This document shows, in pieces, positions 62,313-64,000 of a stretch of DNA of 64,000 nucleotides. The stretch's first letter is position 1. Each line of letters opens with the position of its first letter. Both the position numbers and the translations under genes were made by a program. The notes under the pieces were generated by a model, which was not told the origin of the DNA, searched no databases, and saw nothing but the letters and a program-made list of their open reading frames with translations. This stretch comes from an uncultured Actinomycetes bacterium (GTDB lineage: Bacteria; Actinomycetota; UBA4738; HRBIN12). The stretch is taken from NCBI GenBank assembly GCA_963821935.1, contig CAWGFM010000002.1, forward strand, positions 230,949 through 294,948, given 5' to 3'.

Positions 62313-63400
62313 GCGCCCAAGCGGTCGCCGGCGAGCCCGAGGCCACCCCGCGCGCCGGCGAACCACTCATCAGGATCGCGGGGTTGAAGAAGTACTTTCC
62401 GATCACCCGTGGCATCCTGATCCAGAGGCACATCGGCGACGTGCACGCCGTGGATGGGGTCGATCTGGAGGTCTATCCGGGCGAAACCGTGGGTCTGGTG
62501 GGCGAAACGGGGTGCGGCAAGTCCACGCTGGCCCGGGTCGTCATGCGGCTCTACGAAGCCACCGAGGGCACGATCGAGTTCGACGGGAACGACATCACGC
62601 ACCTGAAGGGCGGTGACCTTCGTGATCTTCGCCGGGACATGCAGATGGTGTTCCAGGACCCCTACGCGTCCCTGAACCCTCGCAAGACGGTGGGCTCGAT
62701 CGTGAATGAGCCGTTCCAGCTCCACGGCACCGTCGAGCGCAACAAGCGCAAGGCCACCGTGCAGGAGCTGATGGAGCTCGTCGGCCTCAACCCCGAGCAC
62801 TACAACCGCTACCCGCACGAGTTCTCGGGCGGCCAGCGGCAACGGATCGGCGTCGCCAGAGCGCTGGCGCTGAGGCCCAGGCTCATCGTGGCCGACGAGC
62901 CGGTCTCGGCATTGGACGTCTCGGTGCAGGCACAGATCCTGAACCTGCTGTCGGACCTGCAGGGTGAGTTCAATCTGACCTACCTGTTCATCGCGCACGA
63001 CCTGTCCGTGGTCAAGCACGTGTCCGACCGGGTCGCCGTCATGTACCTGGGCAAGATCGCGGAGATCGCCGACGGCGAGACCCTTTATCGCCACCCCCGT
63101 CACCCGTACACCGGTGCGCTGCTGTCCGCCGTGCCGGTCGCCGATCCGCGGTTGGCCAAGGAGAAGCAGCACATCGTGTTGGAGGGGGACGTGCCCTCAC
63201 CCATCGACCCACCGTCGGGCTGCCGGTTCCACCCTCGGTGTCCGCAGACGAAGAAGCTGGCCAAAGCCGAAGGACGCACGGACGGGGTCGAGCCGCGTTG
63301 CCGGGAGGAAGTGCCCGAGCTACGGGCCTTCGAGGAAGGTCAACTCGCCGCGTGTCACTTCCCGCTCGAGGAATCTATCATCGCTTCCAGGGGCGACTGA
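62309..63400 (+). CDS. Peptide ABC transporter ATP-binding protein (DppF/OppF-like)
   Basis: GTG at 62309 forms a GTGA overlap with the restored dppD stop. Walker A GETGCGKST. LSGGQRQRIGVARAL. C-terminal GCRFHPRCPQ motif. Confidence 0.82.
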   Translation: MSAQAVAGEPEATPRAGEPLIRIAGLKKYFPITRGILIQRHIGDVHAVDGVDLEVYPGETVGLVGETGCGKSTLARVVMRLYEATEGTIEFDGNDITHLKGGDLRDLRRDMQMVFQDPYASLNPRKTVGSIVNEPFQLHGTVERNKRKATVQELMELVGLNPEHYNRYPHEFSGGQRQRIGVARALALRPRLIVADEPVSALDVSVQAQILNLLSDLQGEFNLTYLFIAHDLSVVKHVSDRVAVMYLGKIAEIADGETLYRHPRHPYTGALLSAVPVADPRLAKEKQHIVLEGDVPSPIDPPSGCRFHPRCPQTKKLAKAEGRTDGVEPRCREEVPELRAFEEGQLAACHFPLEESIIASRGD

Positions 63401-63437
63401 CGCCCTCCTCGTCCGTCCTCCCCGACACCGGAGATCA

Positions 63438-63666
63438 CATGCTGAATACCGTCATCATCGTCATCGACGTCATCGCCGCCCTGTTCCTCATCCTCACGAT
63501 CCTGCTGCACTCCGGACGGGGAAGCGGCCTGTCCGACATGTTCGGTGGCTCTTCCTCGTTGTCCGGCGGTACGGCGCTGGAGCGAACGCTCGACCGTCTC
63601 ACCGTCGTGTCGGGCGTCATCTTCGGCCTGTGCACGTTCTGGCTCGCCTGGAAGTGGAACCCGTAG
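63438..63666 (+). CDS. secG: Preprotein translocase subunit SecG
   Basis: MLNTVIIVIDVIAALFLILTILLHSGRGSGLSDMFGGSSS matches the SecG signature (LLQ/H.GKG.GLS..FGG). 76 aa. Confidence 0.8.
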
Positions 63667-63683
63667 AGCGAGCGATCGACGTG

Positions 63684-63706
63684 GGAGGGGGCTTACCCCC
63701 CGCCCG
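63684..63706 (+). terminator. GC-rich imperfect hairpin downstream of secG (possible terminator without a U-tract)
   Basis: GGGAGGGGGCTTACCCCCCGCCC. The stem has one mismatch. No T-run follows. Confidence 0.25.
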
Positions 63707-63737
63707 GCACAACCCGGTTGCTAGAATCCACGACCAC

Positions 63738-63827
63738 GTCGGAGTGGCGGAATACGGTAGACGCGCTAGGTTGAGGGCCTAGTCCCCTTCACGGGGGGTG
63801 GGGGTTCAAGTCCCCCCTCCGACACCA
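63738..63827 (+). tRNA. tRNA-Leu, anticodon GAG
   Basis: GTCGGAGTGGCGGAATACGGTAGACGCGCTAGGTTGAGGGCCTAGTCCCCTTCACGGGGGGTGGGGGTTCAAGTCCCCCCTCCGACACCA. Acceptor stem GTCGGAG/CTCCGAC. Anticodon stem CTAGG/CCTAG with loop TTGAGGG. Long variable arm. T-loop TTCAAGT. CCA is encoded. Confidence 0.9.
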
Positions 63828-64000
63828 GCTGACCTGCGAGAATGGATAGTGGCCCCGAGCGTGCGCCCCCTCGGGGCCTACTCATTCCCCCAATATTCCC
63901 CCAGGACCCTCATCCGTGGTCCCGCCCCAGGATCGCCCCCACCTGTTCCGCCGCATCCGTCGTGGCCTCCGTGGTGTCGTGGGTGTAGATGTTGCCCGTC

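Noticed and set aside
61247-63400. Genuine fused two-domain DppD-DppF ATPase
   Set aside because: The +1 frame carries the canonical DppD C-terminal GC.F..RC motif and a stop. The fusion disappears when a single C is removed.
63880-64000. Possible partial ORF at the right edge of the window
   Set aside because: Too short and featureless to call. It may be the end of a gene lying beyond the window.

Overview
This 64-kb window reads as a high-GC (about 68-70%) actinobacterial-type chromosomal core. Almost everything is housekeeping, in gene orders familiar from Mycobacterium and Streptomyces, and coding density is close to 95%.

Gene content in order:
- rluD fragment at the left edge, then dnaE, with a standalone LON-N-domain protein on the opposite strand.
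- A complete branched-chain amino-acid ABC operon, livK-H-M-G-F.
- An ornithine cyclodeaminase-family gene, then a HisA/PriA-like isomerase sitting directly in front of trpC-trpB-trpA.
- Two more LivK-type binding-protein genes flanking a minus-strand tRNA-Leu(CAA).
- Two polar-amino-acid ABC transporters and an ABC-2 exporter pair.
- An iron cluster, ideR / FTR1 permease / cupredoxin, all on the minus strand.
- polA-rpsA-coaE, then a HAD hydrolase, a DUF2203 protein and a D-2-hydroxyacid dehydrogenase.
- A 1149-aa zinc-ribbon / class III cyclase / AAA / TPR (STAND-type) protein, followed by uvrB.
- A minus-strand operon: S9 peptidase, small hypothetical, class V PLP enzyme, small hypothetical.
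- uvrA, then a 590-aa lipoprotein with a C-terminal type-1 copper domain, then uvrC-rapZ-gap-pgk-tpiA.
- An archaeal-type phosphoglycerate mutase (ApgM) and a dpp-like peptide ABC operon, inserted between tpiA and secG.
- tRNA-Leu(GAG) after secG.

I found no mobile elements, CRISPR arrays or recognisable defence systems.

The most striking signal is technical or biological. At least seven, probably eight, single-base +1 frame disruptions break otherwise intact, mostly essential genes: dnaE, trpB (twice), uvrB, apgM, the dpp binding protein, dppD (which creates a false DppD-DppF fusion), and probably the start of the third binding-protein gene. All are 1-bp insertions, several inside G or C runs. 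I read this as uncorrected indel error rather than gene decay.

Without similarity searches, the candidate novelties are the propeller-like / cupredoxin lipoprotein between uvrA and uvrC, the peptidase / PLP-enzyme / two-small-ORF operon, and the PriA-like gene embedded in the trp cluster.
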